NCBI RefSeq assembly: GCF_004010195.1
Contig: NC_057719.1
Location: 22,652,252-22,715,963 of the forward strand
Direction: 5' to 3'
Origin: Chiloscyllium plagiosum
Taxonomy: Eukaryota
Length of the DNA stretch: 63,712 nt
Shown here: positions 61,600-63,712 of the stretch, piece by piece
Layout: every line of letters starts with the position of its first letter
Numbering within the stretch: position 1 is the stretch's first letter
The notes under the pieces: model-generated
Databases searched by the model: none
The model's input: the letters and a program-made list of their open reading frames with translations, nothing else
What the model was told of the DNA's origin: nothing
Translations under genes and position numbers: made by a program

Positions 61600-63712
61600 G
61601 GAGTTTTTGCTACTGCTGTTGGGGAGGTTTTAAAATAATGTGGCAGGGGACTGGGAACCAGAAGAGGAAACAAGTAGGCAGCGAATTGGAGACTGGAGAC
61701 TTTAAGAATCATGAAGATACCATTAATAAAGGGAAAAGTAGGCAGACAGCAGATGAGCTCAAAAGAAATGGTGGCCTGAAATGCATCTACTTTAATCAAG
61801 GAGTATAGTGTGTAAGGCAGATGAACTTAGGGCTTGGATTGGTGCCTGGGAGTATGACATTATTGCCATCACAGAGACTTGGTTGAAGGAAGGGCATAAT
61901 GATTGGCAACTAAATGTTCCAGGATAAAGATGCTTCAGATAGGACAGGGAGGAAAGTAAAAGGGGGGGTGAAGTTGCATTGCTCATCAGGGACGATATGT
62001 GCTAAAGGAGGACACTATGGAGGTCTTGGGTAGTGAGGCATTATGGGTGGAGCTGAGAAATAAGAAGGGTGCAGTTACATTGTTGGGGCTGTATTACAGG
62101 CCTCCCAACAGTGAGCGTGAGGTAGAAGAACAAATAGATAAACAAATTACGGAAAGATGTAGAGGCAATGGGATAGTGGTGATGGGAGATTTTAGTTTTC
62201 TCAACGTTGACTGGGACACACTTAACGTCAGAGGTCTGGATGGAGTAGAATTTGTAAGAAGTATCCCAGAGAGTTTTCTAGAGCAGTATTTCAATAGTCT
62301 GACAAGGGAAGGGGCCATATTGGACCTGATACTGGGGAACGAACCAGGTCAGGTGGTAGAAGTTGTAGTGGGGGATTTCTTTGGGAAGTGTGACCACAAT
62401 TCTGTAAGTTTTACAATACTCATAGATAAAAATGAGAGTGGTCCTAAGGGAAGGGTACTAAACTGGATCAAGGCCAATTATATCAAAATTAGACAGGAGC
62501 TTGGAAATGTGGATTGGACATAGCTATTTGAAGGGAAGTCCACATTTGATATGTAGGAAGCTTTCAAAGATAGGTTAAAGATAGTGCAGGATGGGCATGT
62601 CTGGTTGAAGGCAAAGGGTAGGAAGGGCAAGATTTGTGAACCATGGATGACAGGAGAAATTGTACAACTAGCTAAGAGGAAAAGGAAGCGTACATAAGGT
62701 CTAGGCAGCTAAAAGAAAAATGGGCCCTGGAGGAATATTGGGAGAGTAGGACAAGTCTTAAACGAGCAATCAAGTGTGCTAAAAGGAGTCATGAAATAGC
62801 TTTAGCAAGCCGAATTAAGGAAAATCCCAAAGCATTTTATTCTTATATAAGAAGCAAGCGAGTAACTAGAGAAAGGATTGGTCCACTAAAGGATAATGAA
62901 GGAAGGCTGTGTGCTGAACCTGAGAGAATGGGTGAGATTCTGAATGATTACTTTGCATCAGTGTTCACTGAGGAGAGGAACATGATGAATCTTGAGATTA
63001 GAGATAGAAGTTTGATTAGTCTGGATCACGTTGGCATAAGTAGGGAAGATGTGTTGGGTAGGCTAGAGGATATTAAGATGGACAAATCCCCAGGACCGGA
63101 TGGGATCTATCCCAGGTTGCTGAGGAAGGTGAGAGAGGAAATAGCTGGGGCCCTGACAGATATCTTTGTGGCATTCTTAAATACAGGTCAGGTGCCAGAG
63201 GACTGGAAAGTTGCTCATGTTGTCCCCCTGTACAAGAAGGGTAGTAGGGATATTCCGGGTAACTACAGACTAGTGAGCCTGACGTCGGTGGTGGGAAAGT
63301 TGCTGGAGAAAGTACTGAGGAATAGCATCTATTTATATTTAGAAAAGAATGGGCTTATCAGTGAAAGGCAACATGGTTTTGTGCGAGGGAGATCATGCCT
63401 ACCAACTTAATAGAGTTCTTCGAGGAAGTGACCAAGTTGAAAGATGAAGAAAGGGCTGTAGATGTCATATACATGGACTTAAAAAGGTATTTGATAAGGT
63501 TCTCCATGGTAGAGTAATGGAGAAAGTGAAGTCACATGGTGTGCAGGGTGTTCTAACTAGGTGGATAAAGAACTGGTTGAGCAACAGGAGACAGAGAGTA
63601 GTAGTTGAAGGGAGTTTCTCAAAATGGAGAAAGGTGACCAGTGGTGTTCCACAGGGGTTAGTATTGTGGCCACTGTTGTTTGTGATATACATAAATGATC
63701 TGGAAGAGGGCA
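61600..63712 (+). mobile_element. CR1/HER1 LINE ORF2 (APE endonuclease and RT), disrupted, runs off the window
   Basis: Motifs LKCIYFN...YDIIAITETWL, GLYYRPPNS, VVMGDF, LDLILGN, CDHN, KSPGPDGIYP, NYRLVSLTS, QHGFVRGRSCL and GVPQGLVL. Several stops and frameshifts. Confidence 0.95.

Noticed and set aside
61999..63410. The longest ORFs (174 and 160 aa) as functional CDS
   Set aside because: They are fragments of one CR1 ORF2 broken by stops and frameshifts.

Overview
Eukaryotic, non-coding, transposon-dense genomic DNA, almost certainly from a shark. HE1 tRNA-SINEs and HER1/CR1 LINEs dominate; a carpet shark such as bamboo or epaulette shark is my inference. I could not support any host protein-coding exon, rRNA, tRNA gene or CRISPR array. 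The ORF-track entries I could interpret are decayed transposon frames, their antisense shadows or chance ORFs. The window holds about 20 CR1/HER1 fragments, about 8 HE1 SINEs, L2 and RTE fragments, several LTR-like pieces and many Penelope-like elements (PLEs). Main highlights: (1) a recurring class of about 165-230 bp fold-back mini-PLEs with 12-16 bp target-site duplications (TSDs), whose hairpin turn usually sits at a minimal hammerhead ribozyme (HHR), with three HHR cores still intact; (2) a 2.4 kb TSD-bounded PLE that encloses about 1.2 kb of non-PLE DNA; (3) a Ty1/Copia RT-RNaseH-3'LTR relic that can be reassembled across five later insertions (about 30.9-35.4 kb); (4) a perfect 76 bp inverted repeat around a decayed Harbinger-type Myb/SANT relic; (5) a templated copy of about 180 bp of nearby DNA inserted into a LINE tail; (6) several TE-free, homeodomain/Sox-motif-rich blocks that may be conserved non-coding elements. 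Boundaries of old repeats are approximate, read by eye.
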